Positions 9,282-19,377 of a stretch of DNA of 64,000 bases are shown here, piece after piece; position 1 is the stretch's first letter, and each line of letters opens with the position of its first letter. The notes beneath the pieces were generated by a model. It did no database searches. It was not told the origin of the DNA and saw only the letters and a list, made by a program, of their open reading frames with translations. The position numbers were made by a program, and so were the translations under genes. The DNA lies in contig JBBRMC010000001.1 of NCBI GenBank assembly GCA_038231055.1, positions 1,983-65,982 of the forward strand, given 5' to 3'. Source of the DNA: Leptolyngbyales cyanobacterium (lineage in GTDB: Bacteria; Cyanobacteriota; Cyanobacteriia; Leptolyngbyales; Leptolyngbyaceae).

Positions 9282-12200
9282 ATGCTCCTCAACCAACTCG
9301 TCAGAATTAACGAAGCAGGAATTGTCGCCGATTCCGTCAACTTTGGTTTGATGGAGGAGCAAGACACCAACCAAAAACTCTGTGAGGGGTTTGTCTTTAA
9401 CTACGACAAAGAAAAGCTCGAAGAATCGACCATTGGCGTACTAGAAGCTTTACGAAGCAGCTACGATAGCCGCAACCAGGCAAACGTTCACCTCCTAATT
9501 CAGCAATACGGCAAAGGCAAATCTCACTTTGCAGTTGCGATCGCCAACTATTTCAGCAAGCCTGCCAACAGTCCTGAAGTCGAAGGCATCTTGCATCAAG
9601 TCGAAAACGCAGCAGGAAAAAATAGCGCGATCGCTGAGAAACTGCGTCTCTACAAAAAACGCGGTAGACATTTGGTGCTGTGTTTGAGCGGTGATCGTCC
9701 CGGTGACATCAAGAAACACTTTCTTCAAACTTTACTCAGAACTTTGGAAGCCGAAGGAATTACAAATTCTGTTGCCCAGCACATTTGTCGTAAACCACTA
9801 AGGTACCTGCAAAAGATTAGCGAAGACCTAAACCAACGGGAACGCGCTGAAGCATATTTAGAAGGCCTTGATAGCTCTGATGGAGACTTAAACTCACTCA
9901 TTCAACAACTTCAGAAGAACAATCCAGCAGTGATACCCACTGCTAGAAACCTCGTTGCTTATATCAAAGAAGTCGATGCTGAGGACATTGACTTCACTAC
10001 TAGCATAGATATCGAGGAAATTCTTAAAGACCTGACAATCAATCTTTGCTCAGGAGAAAATCCTCGATTTCAAGGCATTCTAATTCTGTTTGACGAACTC
10101 AATTTCTACTTACAAAACTGGGCAAAAGACCCGATCGGTGCAGGAGGAACCGCACTACAAAACATCACGAATATCTGCGAAGCCTATAAAAGTAAAATTG
10201 CTCTACTGAGCTTCACGCAGATTGACCCAGCAATGGGAATGGGCATTCCAGCAGGCGCGTTAGAAGATCACAAAAGACTCGTTGGTCGTCTCGCCCCGAA
10301 GGGAAGCACCTACCAAAAAGTGGCTTCTAGTCTAGAACTAGTGCTGGATAACTTAATCCTGCAAAAAACTGATTCGCCTGAATGGGAAGCCTTTAGGACG
10401 ACCTGGGACAGTGCCCTGCTTTCTGAAACAAATAACGCTTACGAGAAGCGGATCACTATCTACAGACAGAAAGGCTGGACACACAACAAGTTTCATAACA
10501 CTCTTACGATCGGTTGCTTTCCACTCCATCCCCTAACTAGCTACCTATTGTGTAATCTTGCGTTCACCCAAGACCGGACTGCACTTCAGTTTGTCAAGAA
10601 GAACGTCAAAGACTTTATCCAAAACCAGCCGCTTGAAACTCAAGGTAAGTTGAATTGGGTTCGTCCGATCTCGCTCATCGACACCTTTCTCGGAAACTTT
10701 TCTTATGACTCCAACTACAGCAAATACAAAGAGGCTGAAACTGCGCTTGCTGGGTCAGATGACCCGAATGAATTGCTTGTCCTAAAAGCACTGTTTCTTT
10801 TTCATGCCAGCGATCGACTTACTAAGACCGATCGAGAATCTCATGAGGAAATATTAGCGACGCTCACAGGTTTATCAGAGCTAGAGGTCAAAGCAGCTCT
10901 AAATAAGCTTGCAAACGTAAGAGATGTCATCTACTACAGACCAGAGGTGAAACTGTACCGCTTCTGGATTGGACCGAATCCACAGAGCATTGAGCAAGAG
11001 ATTGAAGAGCAGATCAGAGATCGAGGTGAAGATATCTCGGTTAATCGAGTGGTTGCATTTTCTCAAGCTAGAGTTGAACAGTTTCTAGACAGCAAGACTT
11101 TAGCAGCTAAACACTTTGTCGATAGCAACAAGCTTGTCTTAGACGATTGGAAATTTGAACATAAAATCTATACGATTGATGGCTTTATTAGAGCATTGTC
11201 GAGTGATCAGACTCTGAGAAATACCGAGGAGCGTGGCATCCTAGCATATATCCTGGCTGAGACTCAGGCAGATCTTCAGGATTTCCGGCGGCGGATAGAT
11301 AGCCTCTTGGCAAAATCTGCGATTCGCGATTGCATTGCAGTCGCCATTCCTTCTGATGAAACAGGCGAATTAGCCAGTGTATTGCTAAAAATTCAAACTC
11401 TAAAAAATAAAGAAGTCGCAGAACGACGAAACCTGGGTACAGCCTACGACGAGCTACTCGATCGCTGGGAAAAGCAAGTCAATACCCAAGCTGGGAATTT
11501 ACTAAAATCCTGCACTTACCACTGCATCGGGGTAGAAAAAATTCCTCCTGCCGAACGGGAAAAGCCTCAGCGAGTCATCAGCGTTCTATTAGAAAACTTA
11601 TATCCTTTTGTCCCACCTGTTGACGGGGTTGACAAATTGCGATCAAATCAGATGGTAGGTCGCAAAGTCGTCAGCTTTGTTGCCCGACAACTCTTAGCGG
11701 AAAATCTAAGCTCCCCCCTACCCGACAACACTTACAGTTTTGTTGACATTGTATTTGTCAGTCGTTGGAGATTACTCAAGAAGACTTCTCAACGATACTC
11801 GGCTCAAGTTCCTAGTCATGAACGCCTCAAAGCAGCCTGGGATGTAATTTCTCAAATGACTGATTTGGGGGATCAGTCAGAAAAAACAGTTGAATTACAA
11901 AAGATCTGGAAGACCCTTTCCGCTCCTCCCTACGGTTATAGCGAGTATAACTTCACAATGCTTTTGGCAGGATGGTTATCCTATCACCGTAAAGAAGTCT
12001 CTTTGAAAGGAAATGCAACGATTCCTGCTGCTGGAAGAAGAGGTTCAGCAAGCGTCACTGTAGAAACTAAGTTATTGAAGGACTGGGCAGCCACTAACAT
12101 CCTAGAAAAACCGGATGACTTCGTCCACAAGTGGATCGTCACAGGAAACGCTAAACTAATCCGTCGTAAGAAAGTTTCGCCTCCCCCTCATCCTCAAGCT

Positions 12201-14717
12201 TCCATTGATTACAGCCAAGCAGAGCAGTATCTTCTTGCAGTAGAAACCTATTTAGAGTCAGGTGAGCCTGATCCGGCTGAGATTGGAGCGATCACCAAAA
12301 CTAGAGACCAGGTGCAGTCTGGTATTAGCCGCGTCAGAGATTGGTATCAGCCTGTTGAAGCAGCAGAATCGTTGAACGATTCTCCTCCGCTTGGATCGCT
12401 GCTAGACCTCTATCCCAAGTTGCTCTCCACTCCGCCCGCGATCGTACTTAGAGACGATGTAATTTCCGTTCAACCAACAGCACAACAGCGCGATCGTCAG
12501 GCTCAAGCTTTACAAGCCGTAGGTGAGAAAATTGAACAATTTGTAGACGCTGAGAGTGAGCGATCGGAGTCCTTACAAACAGAGGAAGCCTGTAGCACCT
12601 ACAAGGTTGAAATCCAGAGAATTTTGACTCAAATCACTCAGGTGACGAGTCTGCCTCCTGCGTTAGCTGAGACTTTGAAGTACTCTCTTCAAGTTGCAGA
12701 GCGCCGATTTTTGGAACTCAAAGAAGAGGCAAAAGTAAGAGAGTGTCTAGCTCAAATTCAGAACCGCTATAGAGTCTTGGGTAATACCCCGACTCAACAA
12801 GATTACCTTTCGGCTCGCACCGCGATCGAGGCGATGGCTCAGGTCACTCCATCCGTTAAGCAAGAAGAAGATTACGAAAGAATCTTGCAAGAACTGAATC
12901 AGCATCACAAAAATCTAACTCAGCAAGTAGAAATTTGGGAAGAGCGGTCTTCAGGCTTAGATTCCCCTGAGCAGATTCATGAATTAATGGGAGAAGTTAA
13001 TAGTCAGCGATATCGCATTACTGACGAAACGAGTACTCAGAAGATTACCAAGTTACTGGAATATCTAAAGCGAGAACTGAGCAAAGGTCAAGGTAAAGAT
13101 GAAGCTATCAGGACGATCAAAGCCTCGCTCTCAAGTGCTAATCGCAAATTAGAACGAATTCGTGATCTAGCCTCAAGCAAATTACCTGAAGCATTTCAGA
13201 GCTATCAAGAACTATTGGAGATTAATCTTCCGATTACCGATTCAACGATTTCACTGGAAGAGTACCAACGAGAACTAGACGGGTTTAAATCCAAAGGGCG
13301 AAATGCTTTCATCTCAGAAGGGTTTGCTAAAGCTTACAGTCTTGAGCTTAAACGGTTAGAAGAATACCCTCGATTGAAAAACTTCCTTCGGCAGCGTCTA
13401 GACTTTATTGCTTCTCATGAAGATTTTGCTGATGTAAAAGCTGACCTTGAACAGTCATTACAAAATCTTGAAATTCGACATACAGAACTGCAAGAACAAC
13501 ATCAAAAGCAACTGAGGAAATCGCAAGATGAGCAGATCATTAGAGCCATTCGTCACAAATACAAGTTACCTAAAACTAATACCGTTCAATTCTTAGAAGA
13601 TGGGATCAAAGAGATCCGAAGCTACCAGACTAGACTTCATGATATAGAATCTTTTACTCTGGAGATCGAGCAAGTCCTCCAATCCCTTCGGGATAAAATT
13701 TCGAGCCATACAAGGAGCTTGCAGGACTTACGCGATCGCCTCACAAACGTAGATAGCCTTGGAGATCTAGATCAGGTTCAAACTGACTACGTTAGGGCTG
13801 AGTTCACATTCAAAGATTCTACAGAATATCCCGTCTATCAAGCCTTCCGGCAAGAGATTCAGGAGTTAAGAGGTGACTTGGAAAAACTGCAAAAGTTAGA
13901 AACACTTTGCAGACAAACTTATTCGATCGCGAGTTGCCGCAGAACTTTAGCAGCGATCGGCGATGAGAGAATCCTGATTTATGATTCAAATCGCTTTCAG
14001 CAAAAAATTAATGAGTTGGAGAGCGACTTACAGAGCAAAATTCAAATCTACATCCAAGAGCTAGACGAATTTGAGCAAAGATTAGAACATCTAACCACCG
14101 CCAAAGAAGCTCAAAGACTACATGAAGAATTGCTGAAAAATGCAGCCCGCTATAGTGGCTCCGAGTCAGCCGATCGCTTTGAAGCAGTTAGCGCAAATAT
14201 CCGTCTCCTGATTGAGCTACTTCGCATTTCTGAGACAGAGAGCGTCAAAACGCTTGATGCATACGAGGTTCAAGCGGAGAAATTGACCCAATGGAAGGAA
14301 AGTGTCAGTAATCTGACTCCTTTACTAAAGGAGCGTTTTGAGTCAGTTTACGAAGCTACAGAGAAAACAAAAGCCCAGATTCTAAAAAGACAGCAATCTG
14401 ATGTAGAAAAATGGTTGAAAACCTTAGAAAGTCAAGCAGCAGAGCTTGAGCAACTGACAGACGATGTAGAGAAAGGCAAACTCGCCAATCGAATATTGCA
14501 GAAAATCCAAACTCAATCCCATCGGATGGAAGCTCTAAGCTCCGCTCATCAAGACCTCCTAAAATACATTGAGCGCCAGTGTGAAGCAGAAATTGCTAAG
14601 GATTGCGAAAATCAGATCAAGATTTTGTTCGAGCGGATTCCACGCCCTCGACGAATCAGTTTCTATCGTGAATTAGAACCTCTTCTGTCAGACCCAACGG
14701 AGGAATTTGATGGCTAA
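9282..14717 (+). CDS. brxC: BrxC-like ATPase with long helical/coiled-coil C-terminus
   Basis: QQYGKGKSH, ILFDEL, FPLHP and SAPPYG motifs shared with the first ATPase; upstream of pglZ and brxL. Confidence 0.75.
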   Translation: MLLNQLVRINEAGIVADSVNFGLMEEQDTNQKLCEGFVFNYDKEKLEESTIGVLEALRSSYDSRNQANVHLLIQQYGKGKSHFAVAIANYFSKPANSPEVEGILHQVENAAGKNSAIAEKLRLYKKRGRHLVLCLSGDRPGDIKKHFLQTLLRTLEAEGITNSVAQHICRKPLRYLQKISEDLNQRERAEAYLEGLDSSDGDLNSLIQQLQKNNPAVIPTARNLVAYIKEVDAEDIDFTTSIDIEEILKDLTINLCSGENPRFQGILILFDELNFYLQNWAKDPIGAGGTALQNITNICEAYKSKIALLSFTQIDPAMGMGIPAGALEDHKRLVGRLAPKGSTYQKVASSLELVLDNLILQKTDSPEWEAFRTTWDSALLSETNNAYEKRITIYRQKGWTHNKFHNTLTIGCFPLHPLTSYLLCNLAFTQDRTALQFVKKNVKDFIQNQPLETQGKLNWVRPISLIDTFLGNFSYDSNYSKYKEAETALAGSDDPNELLVLKALFLFHASDRLTKTDRESHEEILATLTGLSELEVKAALNKLANVRDVIYYRPEVKLYRFWIGPNPQSIEQEIEEQIRDRGEDISVNRVVAFSQARVEQFLDSKTLAAKHFVDSNKLVLDDWKFEHKIYTIDGFIRALSSDQTLRNTEERGILAYILAETQADLQDFRRRIDSLLAKSAIRDCIAVAIPSDETGELASVLLKIQTLKNKEVAERRNLGTAYDELLDRWEKQVNTQAGNLLKSCTYHCIGVEKIPPAEREKPQRVISVLLENLYPFVPPVDGVDKLRSNQMVGRKVVSFVARQLLAENLSSPLPDNTYSFVDIVFVSRWRLLKKTSQRYSAQVPSHERLKAAWDVISQMTDLGDQSEKTVELQKIWKTLSAPPYGYSEYNFTMLLAGWLSYHRKEVSLKGNATIPAAGRRGSASVTVETKLLKDWAATNILEKPDDFVHKWIVTGNAKLIRRKKVSPPPHPQASIDYSQAEQYLLAVETYLESGEPDPAEIGAITKTRDQVQSGISRVRDWYQPVEAAESLNDSPPLGSLLDLYPKLLSTPPAIVLRDDVISVQPTAQQRDRQAQALQAVGEKIEQFVDAESERSESLQTEEACSTYKVEIQRILTQITQVTSLPPALAETLKYSLQVAERRFLELKEEAKVRECLAQIQNRYRVLGNTPTQQDYLSARTAIEAMAQVTPSVKQEEDYERILQELNQHHKNLTQQVEIWEERSSGLDSPEQIHELMGEVNSQRYRITDETSTQKITKLLEYLKRELSKGQGKDEAIRTIKASLSSANRKLERIRDLASSKLPEAFQSYQELLEINLPITDSTISLEEYQRELDGFKSKGRNAFISEGFAKAYSLELKRLEEYPRLKNFLRQRLDFIASHEDFADVKADLEQSLQNLEIRHTELQEQHQKQLRKSQDEQIIRAIRHKYKLPKTNTVQFLEDGIKEIRSYQTRLHDIESFTLEIEQVLQSLRDKISSHTRSLQDLRDRLTNVDSLGDLDQVQTDYVRAEFTFKDSTEYPVYQAFRQEIQELRGDLEKLQKLETLCRQTYSIASCRRTLAAIGDERILIYDSNRFQQKINELESDLQSKIQIYIQELDEFEQRLEHLTTAKEAQRLHEELLKNAARYSGSESADRFEAVSANIRLLIELLRISETESVKTLDAYEVQAEKLTQWKESVSNLTPLLKERFESVYEATEKTKAQILKRQQSDVEKWLKTLESQAAELEQLTDDVEKGKLANRILQKIQTQSHRMEALSSAHQDLLKYIERQCEAEIAKDCENQIKILFERIPRPRRISFYRELEPLLSDPTEEFDG

Positions 14718-17700
14718 AATTACTGCCTTTGGTCAACCTGCCAATGAGGGGGAGCGAGACGCAATTTACTACTTGCGTCGTTTGCCGGACACCTTTGAAA
14801 TCTTTCACAATCTAGAAATCAAACAAAATCAGGAAACGTTTGAGGTTGATCTCATCATTCTCGCTCCTCAATGCGTCTTCGTAGTTGATGTGAAGGGAAC
14901 TCACGGTCAAATTGAGGTCGTTGGATCGCGGTGGCATCCAGAAAATCGACAGCCTTATGCTTCCCCGGTCGCTAAACTGCGAAACATTGCTAAAGTCCTA
15001 AATACTTTACTAAAAGACTCTAATCGATTGAAGCCAGATTTGGGGCGGGTTCACGTTCATGCAGTGACGCTGATGATTGCTGAAGATGTGAACATTATTG
15101 ATCTCGATGGTAGAGACAGTCAGCACATCACCTACTGCAATGAAAAATGCGAAGCTTACTTCAAAAGCCGCGACTTTATTCCAGACCATCGCCTAAAAGA
15201 TATTCGCGCATTTTTTCCTGATATTAAACGAGCGATTCAAGGGAAAGCACGAGCTAAAAGCTCTCCCCCTCGCTACCGCGATTGGCAGGTTGAAGAAGAA
15301 TTGGGTAGCACGGATCGTTACACTGAATATCGCGCTAGACACCTCTTGATGGGTGAAAGCGGATGGACAGCCCGCTTAAGAGTATATCGAGCCGATCCCT
15401 ATCAAAACCGAGCCGAGCGGGAAGCAGAGCAGAAGTTAATCAGCAACGCTTTTAAGGCGGTCTATCAGATTCCTAAACATTCCAACATCCTGAATGTGCA
15501 GGAGTTCTTCGCCTCTGAAGACGGGGATTGTTTTGTTCTTGTTACCGAAGACATTCCGGGTCAATCGCTACGGCAACACGCCAGGAAAAAACCTGTAGCG
15601 CTTGATCAGAAGCTCGACTTTATGGGAGAAATTCTGATTGCGCTTGACCATGCCCACAAGCATGGGGTAATTCATCGTAACTTGACACCCGACAACATTC
15701 TGGTTGGTATTAATGGTCAGATCCGTCTAATCGGGTTTGACTACGCCCGCATTTGCGATCGCACTGGCGGAGTCACAGAATATATCGTCGATGATCTAGA
15801 AGACGATGCAGTTTATCAATCCGTAGAGTGCTACCGCGATCCAGCAAAAGCGAGTGTTTCGTCAGATTTATTCTCAGCAGGAACTATTTTCTATGAATTG
15901 CTGACTGGTAAACAAGCTTTCGAGAGTGCGGAGCAGCTTCGTGATCGCTCGGCTATTTTTCCACTCAAACCATCGATCATACAACCTGACCTTTCTTCTG
16001 GTATGGACGCTTGGCTCCAAAAACTATGCGCGTTTCATTCTCGCGATCGCTTTTCCAGCGCCGACGCTGCCCTACAAGAATTAACAACATTAGCCACGCT
16101 ACAAACCTTAGATTTGGCAAATCTTCCAGTTGGTAGCCCAATAGACGATCGGTACAGAGTTATTCAGAAATTAGGTCGTCAAGGGAGCTTTGCCGTTGCT
16201 TATAAAGTTCTAGATTCTTTGGATGACACTGTTTTGGTCTTGAAGCTTGTCACCCGCGATCGTCGCTCAGTCTACGAGCGGCTACGGCAGGAATATAAGA
16301 CGCTAAGACAGATTCCAGAACATCCTCACATTGTGAAAGTGATCTTTGCAGGTCATCTGAAGGATGATACTCCTTTTATCATTTTTGAATATGTAGAAGG
16401 TCAGGATGTTGAACAATTATTAGAATTGAAAGCGATTACCCTAGAAAAAGCAGTTCAAATTGCTCAACAAACTGCGGTCGGCTTAGTTCATCTCCATCAG
16501 CACGGCGTTTATCACCAAGACATTAAGCCTTCTAACTTGCTGCTGACTGCTAATGGTGTTCGGATTATTGATTTCAATATCGCTGTAGCTGATGGTGATG
16601 AAGTGACCGTGAGCGCTGGAACGCGAAAATATATGCCGCCGGATTTTAAGCTAAGACTTGAGCCAACGACGGATGAGAAAGTTGGCCGCGATCTCTACGC
16701 GCTTGGAATCACGTTTTATGAATGTGTCACAGGTGAGTATCCCGTTGATGAGTCAAGTCCTTCCATTGATAGCCCTCCTTGGAACCCTGGTCAATTTAAC
16801 GGCTGTGAAGATTTGAGTGATGAATTAGTGCAGATACTCGTGAGAGCGATCGCGCCTAAAAGAGTTGACCGATTCTCTTCAGCAACCGAGTTCTTGAACG
16901 CGATTTCGTCTCTTCCTAGCTTGCGGAAGCCTGAAGAAGCGCCTATACCAGCTATCGACGTAGAAGTTATACCCTCAGAGCAATCCGAGGGATTTGAAGC
17001 TCAACCTCTCCTATACACAGTTGAAGCTGAAAATGCACTGCGGGTGGGTAGCTCAGTATCGCTGATCGCATCGGAAAGTAATTCTCAAATTTCCTACTCG
17101 CTGTTTGATAGCTTTCCTCCAGCATCTCCATCAGCAATCACCGCAGGAAGCCCTCTTGGTAAATCCGTCATTCTCGACCCAACTGGGCTGTATTCGCCTC
17201 CTTCTGGATGTACTGAGATTAAGACAGAAGTCGAGTGGATGCGAGCTTTCTTCTTGGTAGATGGGCTTTACTGGGTCACGGGTAAAGGACTGCAAGCAGA
17301 ACGTCTCTGTGAATGGACTCGTGAATGGCTGAGAGTTTGGAACAAGTTAGATGCCATCATCGAGGAAAAACAAAATCCTCGCGTCCGCTTAGAAGCTCTG
17401 TTTGGATCAGTTCCAATTCCTCAAGAATGGACTCCTCAAGAAGTTCTTCAACTTGCTACAAAGCTCGATTCTTATCCTTCAGAGAATTCAATCGCTCATC
17501 TACTAGCGGATGTACTTGATTGCGATCAACAAATCTGGTTCGAGCAACCTTCTATCAATCATCTGGCTCAGTGGCTCTCTATCCAGGTATTAGAATCTTA
17601 CAAGCCCTTAGAGCAGGTTTGGCAAAACCAAATTGTGGAACGCGCCCAAGATTTAGCAGCCTATTACCAAACTGAAGACAAGCTACAGCTACTCCGCCAG

Positions 17701-19377
17701 TGGATTGGTATCGCTAAACCCTCTGCCAAAATTAAAGCGTTGGGCTGCTACAGGATGCCAGTACCTGATTTTCTGGTAACAGAATTTCGCGCATTCTGGG
17801 AACGTCAGTTTCTCTTAAAAGAAGCTCAGATTTTAGATGAGCTAACGCCGAGCAAACAAGCTGGAATGGAACAAATCGCCTCTCTTGCCTACTCCATCTT
17901 CAAAAAACGACCCGACTGGCTTACGGCAGAGGGCATACGTAAACTTTCTCCTTATCTCAACCATCAGCAACTCACTGACCTCAACGATCTCCTGTCTCCC
18001 CCTCAGCCTAAAGCTCTTGCCTTGGAAGCAAGTTCTACTGATGCAATGCGATGGGTTACTGAACAGTATTTACCTTTCCGGCGGTGGGAAACTGCAATTT
18101 GCCCCTTGCCATCTCCCCCTAAAATCAGCGATCGCCTCGCCGACTCCTTCGTGAATTGGATTTTGAGAAACTATCCCGACCTGAGACTCGATCCTGCTGA
18201 TCGGTCAGGTTTGAACTACAGTGTGGCATCTCTCGTTCAAGATTTATGCCAAAAGAGTCCTGTTCTATGGGTCGTCATAGATGGATTAGGATGGTTGGAT
18301 CATCAAGAGCTTCTGAAATACCTAACTCGAAATAATCAGTTTTCGATCGAAACTGCCCTCCAACCGCGCATCAGCATCTTACCTACAAAGACAGAATACG
18401 CAAAGTGGAGTCTTTATACCCAACTCCCCCCTAGCCATTCTTCTTGGGTGCCTGATGCAGGTAAAGGCTTCGCCAAAATGGGAATCGGCAAACGTTACAC
18501 AGACCATAAACAGGCTAGCCTGAATCAAGATCTGAAGAAGGATGCTCACACGCTTTACTGTTGGGATACAGATAAGTTTGACCATCTTTATCATAGTCAG
18601 CAAGACTGGCAGAATCTCTACCAAGTTCAGCGTCCACACGTTCTAGAGGGGATTGCCAAAGAGATCGAATACTGCGTGAAGCAATATCCTCACCCCGAAC
18701 AACTTAAAATCGTCATTGCTAGTGATCATGGTCAAATGATGGGTGAAACTGAACATTTATCTGAGTATCCAGAGGGACTGATCTCAAAAGGGCGAATGGC
18801 GATCGGTAAAACTGATGATCCTCGATTTGTTGTTTTAGACGCGGAGCGCTACGGGCTTCCCCACGACATCAGCGTTGTCAAGGGTGCAGCCTGTCTGAGT
18901 GCGTTCAGCTACACCGAAAAGAATGAAATCATCGGTTCTCATGGCGGACTATTTCCCGAAGAAGTCGTCGTTGGAGTCTCAGTACTGCGCCAGTTCACAA
19001 CCCGCCTTCCAGTTTCGGTTATCTGTGATGGGGAAGGAGAATCTGGACAGGCAGGCAAATTAGAATTAACGATCAACAATCTAAACGAAGTACCCTTGAC
19101 TCAGCTTTGTCTGTATATTAACGAATTCAATGAACTGAGAACAGGCTACTCTCTAGACGTAAAAGTTCCAGCAGGGCAGAAAACTTCTATTCAGGTTCCA
19201 ATCTCCAATTGCCCAGAACTGTCACCACATTGTGAAGGCAATCAACTTGCCCTAACGGGTGAACTCAGGTTTCAATTTGCTGGAGTGGAATTTGGGACTG
19301 CCAGTTTGGATTCTGAATCTCTTTTGACAGTGAAGCAAATGTTCAGCAGTGGGCTAGATATTGATGATTTCCTATAA
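14707..19377 (+). CDS. pglZ: NERD + two Ser/Thr kinase-like domains (PglW-like) fused to PglZ alkaline-phosphatase domain
   Basis: NERD EVDLII..FVVDVKG; kinase 1 HRNLTPDN/IGFDYA (degenerate); kinase 2 VLK, HQDIKPSN, DFN; PglZ VIDGLG, LPTKT, ASDHG, HGGLFPEE. Confidence 0.85.
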   Translation: MMAKITAFGQPANEGERDAIYYLRRLPDTFEIFHNLEIKQNQETFEVDLIILAPQCVFVVDVKGTHGQIEVVGSRWHPENRQPYASPVAKLRNIAKVLNTLLKDSNRLKPDLGRVHVHAVTLMIAEDVNIIDLDGRDSQHITYCNEKCEAYFKSRDFIPDHRLKDIRAFFPDIKRAIQGKARAKSSPPRYRDWQVEEELGSTDRYTEYRARHLLMGESGWTARLRVYRADPYQNRAEREAEQKLISNAFKAVYQIPKHSNILNVQEFFASEDGDCFVLVTEDIPGQSLRQHARKKPVALDQKLDFMGEILIALDHAHKHGVIHRNLTPDNILVGINGQIRLIGFDYARICDRTGGVTEYIVDDLEDDAVYQSVECYRDPAKASVSSDLFSAGTIFYELLTGKQAFESAEQLRDRSAIFPLKPSIIQPDLSSGMDAWLQKLCAFHSRDRFSSADAALQELTTLATLQTLDLANLPVGSPIDDRYRVIQKLGRQGSFAVAYKVLDSLDDTVLVLKLVTRDRRSVYERLRQEYKTLRQIPEHPHIVKVIFAGHLKDDTPFIIFEYVEGQDVEQLLELKAITLEKAVQIAQQTAVGLVHLHQHGVYHQDIKPSNLLLTANGVRIIDFNIAVADGDEVTVSAGTRKYMPPDFKLRLEPTTDEKVGRDLYALGITFYECVTGEYPVDESSPSIDSPPWNPGQFNGCEDLSDELVQILVRAIAPKRVDRFSSATEFLNAISSLPSLRKPEEAPIPAIDVEVIPSEQSEGFEAQPLLYTVEAENALRVGSSVSLIASESNSQISYSLFDSFPPASPSAITAGSPLGKSVILDPTGLYSPPSGCTEIKTEVEWMRAFFLVDGLYWVTGKGLQAERLCEWTREWLRVWNKLDAIIEEKQNPRVRLEALFGSVPIPQEWTPQEVLQLATKLDSYPSENSIAHLLADVLDCDQQIWFEQPSINHLAQWLSIQVLESYKPLEQVWQNQIVERAQDLAAYYQTEDKLQLLRQWIGIAKPSAKIKALGCYRMPVPDFLVTEFRAFWERQFLLKEAQILDELTPSKQAGMEQIASLAYSIFKKRPDWLTAEGIRKLSPYLNHQQLTDLNDLLSPPQPKALALEASSTDAMRWVTEQYLPFRRWETAICPLPSPPKISDRLADSFVNWILRNYPDLRLDPADRSGLNYSVASLVQDLCQKSPVLWVVIDGLGWLDHQELLKYLTRNNQFSIETALQPRISILPTKTEYAKWSLYTQLPPSHSSWVPDAGKGFAKMGIGKRYTDHKQASLNQDLKKDAHTLYCWDTDKFDHLYHSQQDWQNLYQVQRPHVLEGIAKEIEYCVKQYPHPEQLKIVIASDHGQMMGETEHLSEYPEGLISKGRMAIGKTDDPRFVVLDAERYGLPHDISVVKGAACLSAFSYTEKNEIIGSHGGLFPEEVVVGVSVLRQFTTRLPVSVICDGEGESGQAGKLELTINNLNEVPLTQLCLYINEFNELRTGYSLDVKVPAGQKTSIQVPISNCPELSPHCEGNQLALTGELRFQFAGVEFGTASLDSESLLTVKQMFSSGLDIDDFL

